A stretch of DNA of 64,000 nt from Octopus vulgaris (lineage: Eukaryota), in NCBI GenBank assembly GCA_951406725.2, contig OX597817.1:42346001-42410000 (forward strand). The letters are read 5' to 3'. The translations under genes were made by a program, and so were the position numbers. Under the pieces are notes generated by a model. It searched no databases, was not told the DNA's origin, and saw only the letters and a program-made list of their open reading frames with translations. Numbering within the stretch: position 1 is the first letter of the stretch; every line of letters begins with the position of its first letter. Positions 12,295 through 24,803 of the stretch are shown piece after piece.

Positions 12295-13885
12295 GGGGGG
12301 TATCAAAAACTAACCAGAAACATCCTCTGTGACACAAGCCTGCAGTAGTTCAGGTTTTTGCTACTAGGAGCCACTTGATGTGACCCTCAGGCATCAGTCT
12401 GTTGACTAGTGGTGGCATGTGAAATTATACTGCCACATGGTGCATCTTTGTTTTGCAGTGCTTCTCCCCTATTTGTCAGTTTTTGCTATGACTGAAATGA
12501 AGGAACAGCATGCTTCCATAAAATTCTGTTTTCTGCTGGAGAAAACAGTGGCTAAAACAGTTTTCATGCTTCAAACAGTTTACAAGGATGCTGCCATGAA
12601 TAAAAATACTTTAGGAATGGTCACTTGTAACTTGAAGACCAACTTCGTTCAGGACAACTGTCAAGCTCCAGGATGAATGAAAACATGAAAATTAATGAAC
12701 TGATCTTGGAGGACCAGGAGTGGTTGTGTGGTTAGTAGCTTGCTTACCAACCACATGGTTCCGGGCTCATTCCCACTATGTGGCACCTTGGGCAAGTGTC
12801 TTCTACTATAGCCTCGGGCCAACCAAAGCCTTGTGAGTGGATTTGGTAGACGGAAACTGAAAGAAGCCCATCATATATATGTATATATGTATGTGTGTGT
12901 TCGTTTATGTGTTTGTGTTTGTCCCCCCAACATTGCTTGACAACCGATGATGGTGTGTTTACGTCTCCATAACTTAGCAGTTCAGCAAAAGAGACTGATA
13001 GAATAAGTATTAGGCTTACAAAGAATACATCCTGGGGTCGATTTGCTTGACTAAAGTTGGTGCCCCAGCATAGCTAGTCAAATGACTGAAACAAGTAAAA
13101 GAGTAAAAGAGACTGTCACCAAACAATTGACGAACTTGTTAATATGACTGGTGTGTCCTGGAGCTACTGCCAATGAATTTTGAGCAAAGAACTGCGAATG
13201 GAGAGAATTACAGCAAAATTTATGCCTCACTTGCTCACGGAAAATCAAAAGCATACATGACTGAATGCATGTCCTGAACTGAAAGTTGGAAGTTGATTCA
13301 GACCTTTTTTGAAGGTCATCACTGGTGATGAAAGCTGGTGCTATGACTATGAATTGGAAACGAAGCAGCAATGTTGCCACACCCCAGAAAAGTGCGTCAA
13401 GTGAAGCCCAATGTCAAGACAATGCTGATTTGTTTCATCGATGCAAAAGGAATTGTCCATACTCAATTTGTTCCTCCTGGTCAAACTGTTAACCAGACAT
13501 TTTACTTGGCAGTTCTGAAGCATTTGTGAGATGAAAATGCCCCAACCTGAGGTAAAGTAGAGAGTAGTGGTGTCATCATGTTAATGCACCTGTGCACACT
13601 GACTTTAGTGTGAGACAGTTTTCGACCAAAAATGGTATGTCCCCATTTACCCACCATTCCTATTCACCTGATCTTGCACCCTGCAACTTTCTTTTGTTCC
13701 CCTGAATGAAAAAAAGTCCTCTAAGGAAAACGTTTTGCAAATGTGGAAGAGGTGAAGAAAAAACTACGGAGGCGTTAAAAGGCATCACTTCACAAGAGTT
13801 CCAGGACTGCCTTGAACAGTGGAACACACATCAAGACTAATGCATTGCTTCAAATGGCGAATACTTTGAAGGTAGCAAAAAGGTA
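12295..13885 (+). mobile_element. Decayed mariner transposon, interrupted by a SINE A
   Basis: EQHASIKFCFLLEKT N-terminus; AKFMPHLLT, VITGDESWCYDY, HHVNAPVHT, YSPDLAPCNF and GEYFEG motifs across frameshifts and stops. Confidence 0.9.
12716..13110 (+). mobile_element. SINE family A, full length, inserted in mariner
   Basis: Homologous to 9455-9907; mariner coding sequence resumes at ~13111. Confidence 0.9.
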
Positions 13886-14240
13886 AACATCTAAAACTAC
13901 GTGAATGAAATAATATTGCTAATTGTATTACAAAAAATTTGAATCATTTCAATTGTAATTTGCATCTTGTCTTTTTGCATTACATTTCCATCTCTCAAAA
14001 ACCACTTATTTCGTTCAGTTCTTGCTCAGAGTTTAATATTACACTTTTCGCATTCAAGTTTAGTTCAAAGGATTGTTTTGTGTGGTTGAGCTTTCTGAGA
14101 TCTGAGTTTTCAGCCCTGGCCAAATAGGGACAAACGTTTTTAGCTTAAATGCATTTTATTGTGAACTGATAAACCTTCATTTATCTTTCATATATATATG
14201 CATATAAATAGATAGATAGATAGATACACATATAAATATA

Positions 14241-14300
<60 letters not shown>

Positions 14301-14368
14301 TGAGGGAATATTATTCCAAACTTACAGGGAAAAATTCAATTTAGAAATACTAAATCAAATTTCACAAA

Positions 14369-14432
<64 letters not shown>

Positions 14433-15199
14433 AAAAATAACATTTCTTCAATTCAATAATGAAAAATTAAATTATACCATCTAGAAAATTACATATTATA
14501 GAAAGATTAAATATAAGATAAAACATATAACGATGATTAAGTAATGTGCAAAATAATAGATAAAACGTATATATTTGGTAGAATAACGACAATGGGCAGG
14601 CATTAAATTAATAAAATAACAGTAATAAACAAGTGAAGGAAAAAAAAATATAGTGTGTATTTATTTGGCAAAAAATGAATAATAATAATAAATAAAATGA
14701 CCATCCCAAAATACAATATGTGTGTGTACCAGGTGATCTTTCTGGCTGCAGAAGCAATGACCAAAATTTTGTCACATAGATATTTGAATCAAATTGACAT
14801 GTTCATAATACAGCTATTTTTAAAATTAAAAAATCACAATTAAAACTTAAAACTGAATTTTCCGAAGTCCTCTCCTCAGCCCCTAGGAAAAGATTTTCCC
14901 CACAAATTTCTTTATAATCGTAATCTATACCGTTTGAAAAGTATTTATATAAAATTTTATTAAAAAAAACCATTTTCCTAAAAGTTATGAGGGAAAAACA
15001 ACATCGGATCTTGTGAATTTTCCAAAGGCCTCTCCCCACCCCGGTTGCTTTCCCAGAATTTTTGTTTTCATATTCGTTTCCTACACCTTTTTTTACATTC
15101 GTTGCACTATTTTTTTTTTTTCCATTTTGTTTCCAGGCACTCATATCAACATTAACTCTTACCCATTTTATTTAAATATTTATTCAATCCTCTCTTTCT

Positions 15200-15319
15200 A
15201 GTTGAAATTTCCATAACATCACTGTAGAAGGTTCCTTCTTAATGCTTTTTAAAACAGCTTTTTCTATGCCAATTAGTACTAAACTGCTTGACCTTTCTTG
15301 TCCCTGCAAATTTCTTGTA
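15200..15319 (-). pseudogene. hAT transposase remnant, distal end of the dimerisation domain
   Basis: Minus strand reads RNLQGQERSSSLVLIGIEKAVLK, continuing the hAT sequence broken at 18268. Confidence 0.7.
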
Positions 15320-15648
15320 GGGGAGACCGGGGTTAGTTGACTACAATTTTTACATTTTCACTGACAGAGCAATACTATTTAATGTATTCTACTGCATCTT
15401 GTATAACACGCATAAATCAACCATAGCAGAAGACTTACAAAGCTAGAGATCTCATCTGCTTAGTGTCTGGATTTGTATTTTGTGCATTTTCTAAGACCAC
15501 TTAAATGTGTCAACTTGACCTGGCAAGTAGACACATTTAATGGGGTATGTTGACACATGAATACATTTTCTTGGAACATACATGTTAGTGGACAGAAACA
15601 CATGATATAAACTTGTTGGTTTGATCAAGGGCCTTTATTACAGTTTCA

Positions 15649-17395
15649 TTACATATCATCATCTGAGTCACAATTTGGGCATGTGAATATTGTCAGACCT
15701 AGTGTGCATGCCTTGTGAGCTCAACCTTTACAATCAGAGCAGTGAAGCCACACTAACCTTCCTTTGCTGTTGGAAAAAGGCTTGCAGCACACTAAGCAAT
15801 AGCACTCTTCCTCATAAGAGGTATCACTTTCTTGAATTTGAACTTTTTTATTAACAGTTGGACCTTTTCCCTTCGCTGACCTGCCCTTACTGAGTCCCTT
15901 TCCTATTGTTCCTTTATCAATATTTGTCTTCTTTTTACTTTTACTTTTTGTCTTTTCTTCTATGGTTGCTCTTTTAACCGGCGAGTCATTGAGGATTTCA
16001 GAACAAAGTTTCTTTCTTCCTCTGGTTGATTCTTTCCTAGGGCCGGCTTTGGGTAGCGGATGGATTTGAAATGGTGAAAGAAAAGGCCTAGTGGCTATGT
16101 TGCTTGAAGGTCCAGGTGTTGCAGGTGCTGAAGGCCCAGGTACTGGAAGTGCAGGATCCGGTCGGTCAGTGACATAGCTTGGCGCAAAGTTGCTGTCTAT
16201 GAAAATGTTGTGATTAAAAGGGCATATTCCTGTAGAAGAAAAGCCACTAAGAATGTTCGTCAGATTTGCAGTCAATGGCCATGCAGTTTTGACAATACAC
16301 GGAATGTCATAAATGGTCATGGTCTGGCCAGGATGGTTAATATTCCAGTCATCAATGGCAGTGTTTGTGTACTTCTTCAGTGGTCCATAGACCACTTTGT
16401 CCAACAGCTGTAACCTGTGTGTGCAGTGAGGTGGGAAAGAAAGCATGGTGATGCCATTGTCTGATGCATAAGTCTGCCCCTCGATACTAAGTTGGGAATC
16501 ATGATTGTCCAGCAAGAGAAGGCACAGTGATTGCTTTGAACAATTCACATTCCTCACAAAGTGTTGAAGGAATTTCACAAACTGCTCCTCACACATCCAA
16601 ACAGATGGATTAGCACCTCCATCACTGCCTTATGGTCCATTGTTCAGGAAATGTGGCCCAAAGTTCTTCCGGGGAAAAACAAAAAATGGTGGTATGCTGT
16701 TTCCAATGGCATTTACACAGCATGCCACTGTAACCAGAGTTCCCCTCTCCGCACTTGTCATTTTCCCCACTTGCTTTGTTCCTTTTTCTGGCAATAATTC
16801 TATCGGGGCGCTGCACAGTTGTTATGCCCGTTTCATCCATGTTGTAGATATTGAATGAATCAAATTTATACCGAAACATCACCTCTGCAAGTTGGTTGAA
16901 AAACATTGCAACATTTGTCTTGTTGAAACTTGTTCCTCGTGCCAAGCTTGTTGCCTGTGGACTTCTTATGGATAAATTTTTGTGTCGTTGAAGATATCCT
17001 GAGAACCAGTCTTCACCTGCCATTTCTGTCTCATGCCAGGTTGGAGGGATATTACATCCACGTGCCTTTGCCATCTGAAAAGCCAATTTCCGCACATCCT
17101 TTGGAGCAAGCCCATAGTAAATTTCTGCGGCAGCCAAAACATAAGCCTCTAACTGATTCTCGAACTCATCGGTGAGAACTTGCCATGGCCTTTTGTATCC
17201 ACTAAGACTGTGGTCATTGTTGTTTGCTTCAGTGTCCTTGATGCAGTAGTGAGACTGAGATTTTAAAGGGATGCCAAATGTCCTCAAAGCTTCCCGCAAG
17301 GAGATGACACGAGCTCGGACCTGTTGAATAGCCTGTTGGATTACATCCTGTGGAAGGGTTGCCCTCTCACTTTTGCATTTGTAGTGTCGCACCAT
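15649..17395 (-). pseudogene. pogo-family transposase (N-terminal HTH domains, DDE_1 domain, C-terminal PHD finger), disrupted
   Basis: ORFs 16622-17395 (AGEDWFSGYLQRH, IYNMDETG) and 15721-16596 (LLLLDNHDS, FPPHCTHRLQLLD, CLVC..WLHCSDC); reading through TGA 15721 gives AHKAC..FTCPNC to TAA 15649; frameshift near 16780. Confidence 0.88.
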
Positions 17396-18175
17396 GACAA
17401 TTGTAGATCTAGGTCTGTAAAGAGAGAGAGAGGGAGAAAAAAAAGCAATCTAGCTCATTGCATAGTGAAAGCAAAACGAAGCTCTGAGTGTTTACCTACT
17501 TTTTAGTTTCAAGCATGCCTGGTCACGGCATAATAACTTCATGCTTATATATCAGTAGTACAGGTTACAAAGCTGAGGCAGTATACAAGCTGTTGATTAA
17601 GTAGGTAACGGTGTGATGATAGAATAGGTTGGTATCGATAAAGATAGCTGATCGAAAACTATAGCAAGCAATACATAAATTACTCAATGAATTGATCCAA
17701 TGTACCAGACATGAATTAAATAGCAAACACTCTTAGTTAAAATGAGATAGATACAGTCTGTGAATCAATGTAAGCAACCTACAACAACTTTATCATAGGC
17801 CGGGGCAAGTTGACACACTGTGTCTGTTTACATGTGTCAACTTGCCCTGACCCCATTTCCCTCGTAAATGTAAACACTGAGAGAAAACCACTAGGGTTTC
17901 GCAAGAATCCATTAGTATAGGGTCGTGAGAGAAATTTTACTAACTCCTTAAGGTTTACTACACATAATGCAGTCTTAAACAATATCCAAAATAACTAATT
18001 ATCAAAAATGTCGAAAATAACTTACCAAGTGGAAAATTCCAATGTTGTCCGTGTATAGCAGACAAACTCTCATAACGGCAACAAAATCAAATGATGGGGA
18101 AGCTTATACTAACAGCACTACTATGATGTCATTATATTGTCCGAAAGTAGTTTCGCATTTTCTCTAGAGAAAATG

Positions 18176-18257
18176 TGTCAACTTGCCCCTGTTGTCAACT
18201 TGCCCCTGTTGTCAACTTGCCCCTGTTGTCAACTTGCCCCTGTTGTCAACTTGCCCC
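18176..18257. repeat. Subterminal 17-bp tandem repeat of the pogo element
   Basis: TGTCAACTTGCCCCTGT x4, with a fifth copy forming part of the TIR. Confidence 0.9.
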
Positions 18258-18267
18258 GGTCTCCCTC

Positions 18268-18745
18268 TAATTATGAATTCTACTTACGTATGAAAAGGAG
18301 CACTGTAGCACTTGTTGCTGGTAGTGCTAATATTAATTCACAAAGATTCGTTAATTGGGGCAAAGCTTCATCTAATCCACTATTATGCAGAATGTAAAGT
18401 AAATCCTGAACGAATTTTCCCTTTAGTTCAGCATCTTTGTACAAGGCAGTAAATTCATTTCTTAACTTTTGGCTGTCGAAATGGTCTCCACATTTAAGGC
18501 AAGTTAGAGATGCTTCCTGGACGACGTTATTTTGTCTCATTGTATCAAGAAGTGCTAAAAAATGTAAGTCATTTAAATTTTGAAATCGTATCTCAATTTG
18601 CTTGCAAATTAAATCTATAATTTTGTAAAACAGCTGTCTGTATCTTTCTTCTGTTTCAAGCGTATTTTTTCTTTTCATCATTTGAGGATAAATGCCATCA
18701 ATGTTAGCCCAAAATTTAGGAAATTCATGCTTTTTTTTCTTTCAA
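18268..18745 (-). pseudogene. hAT transposase C-terminal remnant
   Basis: ORF 18280-18681: IIDLICKQIEIRF...LPQLTNLCELILALPATSA; after a frameshift SFSYVSRIHNY, matching the hAT dimerisation-domain pattern. Confidence 0.78.
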
Positions 18746-18759
18746 AACTTTCATTCTAG

Positions 18760-19490
18760 TCTGATTTGACATGATTTCTACAGCTGGATGCCCTTCCTAA
18801 CACCAACCACTCTGAGAGTGTCATGGGTGCTTTTATGTGCCACTGGTATGGGTGCGAGTTGTGTGACACCAGTATATGTCACGACTATGAATTCACTTAG
18901 CTTGATGGATCTTCTCAGCATGTTACCAAAGGTCTCAGTCATTTGACTTTGCCTCTGTGAGGCCCAACACTCAAAAGATACTTTTTAAATACCACCAGGA
19001 CAGGTGCCGGTTACATAACACTGGCATCAGCCACATTGCTTCCATGAGGCCCAACGCTCAACAGGTGCTTTTTATGTGCCATCATCTTTACCATCATCAT
19101 CATTTAACATTGGATGGTTTGGATGGTTTGACAGGAGCCTGCACCAGACTCCTGTGTTTGTTTTGACACTGTTTTGTCCAGCAGAGTGGACAGTGTGCTT
19201 TTTACATGGCACAAGAACAGGTGAGGGCATTTTTGGCATAGGTTTTACAGCTGGATGCCCTTCTAAATGCCAACCACTTTACAGTGGGGACTGGATGCTT
19301 TTTTTTTTTGAATGATACCAATGCTGGCATGGTCACCAAGTAACTTGCAAGGCAAAGGTCCTTAGAGAGGAGAGGGGCATTAGACAAGGTGATCTTTTTG
19401 TCAGATGGTGAAAGGTTCGAGTGTGATGGAGAGACAGAGAAACAGAAACAGGTGTCTTGTTGTAGAGGAGGTACATGGTTATCTCACCAG
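18760..19490 (-). mobile_element. Cluster of older RTE-type 3' UTR fragments
   Basis: tttctacagctggatgcccttcctaa.ccaaccact core occurs twice; catcat tail at ~19092. Confidence 0.6.
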
Positions 19491-19806
19491 GAGAACAGTG
19501 CTTTAACACATCCAAGTTTAATTTACAGTTAATCACATCTTTCTTTAAAGGTGTTTATTAATTAATTATTTCCTCTCCACCAACACTATGCAGTCTTTAT
19601 AATGACATTTGGATTTACCTAAGTGAGGATTAACTGAGTATAGTAAATTCAACTAAATGGAATTTATCTATATCCACAGAGGTTAGCCAGCATTGTTAAT
19701 GGATTAGAGCAAGCACAATAGCCACTTGGATTATATATCTCTCTTAGCCATTTTTGGAAATTTACCTTTGAAATGTATGTATGTATGTATATGTATATAT
19801 ATGTAT

Positions 19807-20092
19807 AGCCTCACCTCTGGCCTTGTGAGTGGATTTGGTAGACGGAAACTGAAAGAAGCCCGTCGTATATATATATATGTATGTATATATATATATATAT
19901 GTTTGTGTTTGTCCCCCCAACATCACTTAACAACTGATTCTGGTGTGTTTACATCCCCATCACTTAGTGGTTCGGCAAGAGAGACCGATAGAATAAGTAC
20001 TAGGCTTACAAAGAATAAGTCCTGGGGTCAATTTTCTCAACTAAAGGTGGTGCTCCAGCATGACCACAGTCAAATGACTGAAACAAATAAAA

Positions 20093-20095
<3 letters not shown>
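19807..20095 (+). mobile_element. SINE family A, 5'-truncated
   Basis: Homology to 9455-9907. Confidence 0.85.
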
Positions 20096-20128
<33 letters not shown>

Positions 20129-21094
20129 ATATTCAATTGAATTAGGTGCTTAAGTTGAAGCACCAAGTCAGTGTGGTATTATCCGTACAGCTCAAAGTAA
20201 GTTGAATAAAATCATTTAAATCGATGTAATGATTGCATCGTTCAATTAAATGGAGCTACTTGAAACAGTTGTATTGCATCCCTTCTTGATATCCTATTGC
20301 TTATTTTGATATATATTTATAGACACACACCAAATATCCATCTATGTCTATGGGGGGGGGGTCTTTATTTCAGTGTATGTCACACAAACCCCTAACCAGT
20401 GTTGGTTTGTTTATGTCCCTCACAACTTAGCAAAAGAGATAGATGGAATATGTACCAGATTTATAAGAAAAAAAACATAAGAACTGGAGTTGATTTCTTC
20501 AACTAAAAGCCTTCAAGGTGGTACACCAGCATGGCCACAGTTCAATGACTGAAACAGATGAAAGATTAAAAAAATATTTTTAAAAAATATTATTATTTTC
20601 TCATCACTCCCCTCAAACAAATTTTTCTAAATATAAATTAATTCCATTTCAAATGAAGTCAAATGCAAGATAATTATTTTGTTTTTAATTAATGTTAGAC
20701 AAATTTACAGTTATTCATTCCATTATAATGGTAAGAGAGAATAATGAATCCTCTTAACCATTGAATAATTAACATTATGCCTTTGGGGTACCATTTAGCA
20801 CTACATCTAAATAAATGGGATCCTTACAAAAGAAAATCATCTCAATTGCTATGGGCTCCGTGCATTTCTCCAAGACAGTTCCGGTTTATCCATCACATTG
20901 ATATTTATTTATTTATTTTCCTAGTACTTTTTTTTCTATATTTGGACAGTAAAATATTAGGAATACAAGAGATCTTGATAGTCTCTGATTACAAAATGAA
21001 AACTTGGACAACTACCATCTAAAAACAGACTGGTTTTAGCTTCAATCCATTAAATTCTTTAGATTTCAGAATTCTTTTCACATTTAAGTGTTTA

Positions 21095-21114
21095 TTAATA
21101 TTATTATTATTATT

Positions 21115-21188
<74 letters not shown>

Positions 21189-21283
21189 CATCATCATTAT
21201 TATTTTATCCATTATTATTATTATTATTATTATTATCATTCATTATTATTATCATTATTATTATTATTATCATCATTATTATC

Positions 21284-21351
<68 letters not shown>

Positions 21352-21370
21352 CATCAACATCATCATCATC
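21095..21370. repeat. (ATT)n/(ATC)n trinucleotide microsatellite
   Basis: Direct reading. Confidence 0.95.
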
Positions 21371-22217
21371 AACCATTTTTTTTACACACACACAAAAGAA
21401 AAAAAACTAATTCACAAGCAAAAAGTTTTATAGAAAACAAATTGAATACTAAAGAATAAAATACAAGATAAATAAGTAAAAAGACATCATCATCATCATC
21501 ATCATCATCTAATGTGTGTGTGTATAAATGTATGTATATTTTAAACAAAGCTGATTGACTGAAGGAAAGATGTGTTGAACTATAACTCAAGGCTTACAAA
21601 TTCTTTAGATTTCAGAATTTTTTCCAGTACTTAAAGGTTTCATTTATTTCCTTTTACACATGTTCCTTTTAAAAAAAAAAAAAAAATTAACCGAAGGAAT
21701 AATGTGTTGAACTTAAGGGTTACAATTTCTTTGGAATTCAGAATTCTACATTTAAATGCTTTGTTTTTATTTAGTTTTTAGTTTTTTAGTTTTGTGGGGA
21801 GTTTTGCCTTTCGTAATTTTTGTTTTTTTTAAATGACATAAACTGATAAAAAAAAAATCAATGTGTTGACTTAGAGGTTACAAATTTAAATTTTGTTATT
21901 CTTCCAATCACATAACCAAACTGACAATTTTTACAACTTCATGCCAATAATATGCAGCAGTCTTTAAGACAGTCTAATTGTAAAAAAGTCACATTTTATA
22001 AAACATATTTAATACAGAGAACATTAAAAAGCTGAGAAAAGAAAACAATATTTGTTGATAATATGCATTAATTTTGGCATGTACGGAAGGTAACACTGGA
22101 CTGGATTATGATCTCATCAGCAATGCATAGATTTCACTGTAATCGCTGAAGCAGTGATGAGAGAATCACTTCATTTTACAAAACTATCTTTCATGTGAAC
22201 GTCATTTGTGAGATAAT

Positions 22218-23000
22218 TACCTCCGTCTTTACAAAGGCGGAGGTATTGTTTTCAGTCATATTAGTTTGTTTGTTTGTTTGCTTGTCCATGAACAAGATAT
22301 CTCAAGAACTGCTGGATGGATTCAGACGAAACTTTCAGGGATGTTTGGCCTCGTGACTGGTACAAACTGATTAGATTTTGGGATCGATCAGGTACCAAAG
22401 ATTCTGGATTATTTTTCTGATTTTTTTTTACTTAATTTTTGAGAGGACTTGGGTTCATCATCATCATCATCGTTTAACGTCCACTTTCCATGTTAGCATG
22501 GATTGGACGATTTGACTGAGGACTGGCAAACCAGATGGCTGCACCAGGCTCCAATCTGATCTGGAAGAGTTTCTATAGCTGGATGCCCTGCCTAATGCCA
22601 ATCACTCTGGGAGTGTAGTGGGTGCTTTTATGTGCAACTGGTACAAGGGACAGTCAGGCGGTACTGGCAACGACCAAGCTCAAGTGGTGTTTTTTACATG
22701 CCAAATGCACAGGAGCCAGTCCAGCGGCACTGGCAAAGACCTCACTCAAATGTTTTTCACATACCACCAGCACAAGTGCCAGTACAGCGATGCTGGTAAT
22801 GATCGTGTTTGAATGGTGCTTTTTACGTGCCACTGGCACAGAAGCCAGTCAGCTGCTCTGGCAGCGATCATGCTCAGATGGTGGTCATAGCACTCTTAAG
22901 TTTATTTCAAATATTCTCATTATAAAAACCATCTCTAGCTAATCGTTGAGAGGGCATTGGTGTTGCCTTGGTGGAAATTTGTGTTCTCTGGGTGCTCTTA
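22218..23000 (+). mobile_element. Helentron-associated (HINE/DINE-like) non-autonomous element, interrupted by an RTE 3' fragment
   Basis: 5' cctccgtctttacaaaggcggagg hairpin, (GTTT)n tract, 3' ccttggtgga subterminal motif; second copy at 33080-33431. Confidence 0.6.
22457..22898 (-). mobile_element. RTE LINE 3' UTR fragment
   Basis: Homologous to 10520-10950. Confidence 0.85.
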
Positions 23001-23227
23001 TTATTCTTAATTTGTGAGATTCTTAGGTTCAGGAGTGGCTGTGGGTAAGAAGCTTGCTTCCCAACCACATGGTTCTAGGTTCAATCCCACTGTGTGGCAT
23101 CTTAGGCAAGTGTCTTCTTATATACCTTGGGCTGGCCAAAGCCTTCTGAATGGATTTGGTAGATGGAAACTAAAAGAAGCCTGTCGTATATATGGAATTC
23201 ATAATTTGAAACTGACTTATTGGAAGT

Positions 23228-23270
23228 TCACCTGAAGATTGTCGATCAAGACAAGAAACAATTGTAGTGG
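23228..23270 (+). ncRNA. Minimal type I hammerhead ribozyme motif (family H2, intact core)
   Basis: TCAC-CTGAAGA-TTGTC(gatcaa)GACAA-GAAA-CAATTG-TA-GTGG: stem I TCAC/GTGG, 5-bp stem II, palindromic stem III ACAATTGT, GUA triplet. Confidence 0.75.
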
Positions 23271-23389
23271 CGGTTTTTTTTTGACTATTTATTAAAATTT
23301 TATGTATTGATTAAGTCTTTCCTTGTTTGTTTTGCAAAATAGTGGTTTTGTCTCTAATAATATTTTATTATATATATATATATATATAT

Positions 23390-23660
23390 CGGGCTGCGTG
23401 TTGTGTTCTTGAGCAAGGCACTTTATTTCACGTTGCTCCAGTTCACTCAGCTGTAGAAATGAGTTGCGACGTCACTGGTGCCAAGCTGTATCAACCTTTG
23501 TCTTTCCCTTGGATAACACTGGTGGCGTGGAGAGGGGAGGCTGGTATGCATGGGCGACTGCTAGTCTTCCATAAACAACCTTGCCCGGACTTGTGTCTAG
23601 GAGGGTAACTTTCTAGGTGCAATTCCATGGTCATTCATGACCGAAGGGGGTCTTTACCTC
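23390..23660 (+). mobile_element. SINE family D, 5'-truncated
   Basis: Homologous to ~4250-4512. Confidence 0.85.
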
Positions 23661-24071
23661 TTTATATATATATAAGTTAGACATGGCCTGGGCCAATAAT
23701 GGCCGAAACCTATCAAAGTATCAAAGTATGCATATATGTATGTATGTATATGTATATATTTGTGTGTGTATTGACAACCGATGTTGGTGTGTTTATCTCC
23801 CCGTAACTTAGTGGTTCGGCAAAAAAGACTGACAGAATAAGTACTAGGCTTACAAGGAATAAGTCTTGGGGTCAATTTGTTCAACTAATGGCTGTGCTCC
23901 AGCATGGCCATAGTCAAATGACTGAAATAAATTAAAGAACAAAAAGAATAGACTAAAGCAATTCTTACATTGTATATTTTTGTGGTTTATCATTTGGGAG
24001 CCGAGCTCAGCCTCAGAAACAGCACCAAATTAGGCTATTGTATCATCAGAATATCCACTACAAGGTCCAGT

Positions 24072-24388
24072 TCTTGTGGCTGTGTGCTAATGTATGTGCC
24101 TCAATAACTCTAAGATCAATGCCAGTGAACCTCAAGTTCCTGATAGGACCTACCATGCTGGATGGGCCAAAGGATAGAAGACTAAGATGGGCCACCTCTT
24201 CCCAGAGGTAAAAATCGGTTTGTGTAGGGTCAAAACTCCTAACTAGAAAGGAAGCTAAGTTACTGAAGCATCAATGACAATTCAAAAGCAACAAAACCTG
24301 GGAAGGGACAATAGAAGGGACAGAGGGGAAAAGCCGTCGATGACCTACACTCCTTAGGGAATGAAGGGATTAAGTGAGTAGTAAGTAC
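24072..24388 (+). mobile_element. Bipartite non-autonomous RTE derivative, copy 2
   Basis: Colinear with 8150-8503; RTE-like 3' end gtcgatgacctacactcc..gaagggattaagtgagtagtaagta. Confidence 0.5.
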
Positions 24389-24803
24389 TCTCTCTTTTAC
24401 TCATTTACTTGTTTCAGTCATTTGATTGTGGCCATGCTGGAGCACCGCCTTTAGTCAAGCAAATCGACCCCAGGACTTATTCTTTGGAAGCCTAGTACTT
24501 ATTCTATCAGTCTCTTTTGCAGAGCCACTAAGTTATGGGGACGTAAACACACCAGCATCGGTTGTCAAGCGATGTTAGGGGAACAAACACAGACACACGA
24601 ACATATAAACACGCATATATATATATATATATATACATATAAACGATGGGCTTCTTTCAGTTTCCATCTACCAAATCCACTCACAAGGCTTTGGTCAGCC
24701 TGAGGCTATAGTAGAAGACACTTGCCCAAGGTGCCATGCAGTGGGAATGAACCCGGAACCATGTGGTTGGGAAGCAAGCTACTTACCTCACAACCACTCA
24801 TGC
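24389..24803 (-). mobile_element. SINE family A, full length
   Basis: Reverse complement of the family A pattern. Confidence 0.9.

Larger units (their letters stand above)
15320..18267 (-). mobile_element. Full-length (~2.95 kb) pogo/Tigger/Fot1-type DNA transposon
   Basis: TIRs GGGGAGACCGGGGTTAGTTGAC / GTCAACTTGCCCCGGTCTCCCTC; TA at 15318-15319 and 18268-18269; internal DDE_1-type transposase. Confidence 0.9.
23031..23950 (+). mobile_element. SINE family A split at its internal microsatellite by several insertions
   Basis: Head 23031-23190; tail ~23770-23950; between them a hammerhead element and a SINE D. Confidence 0.8.
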
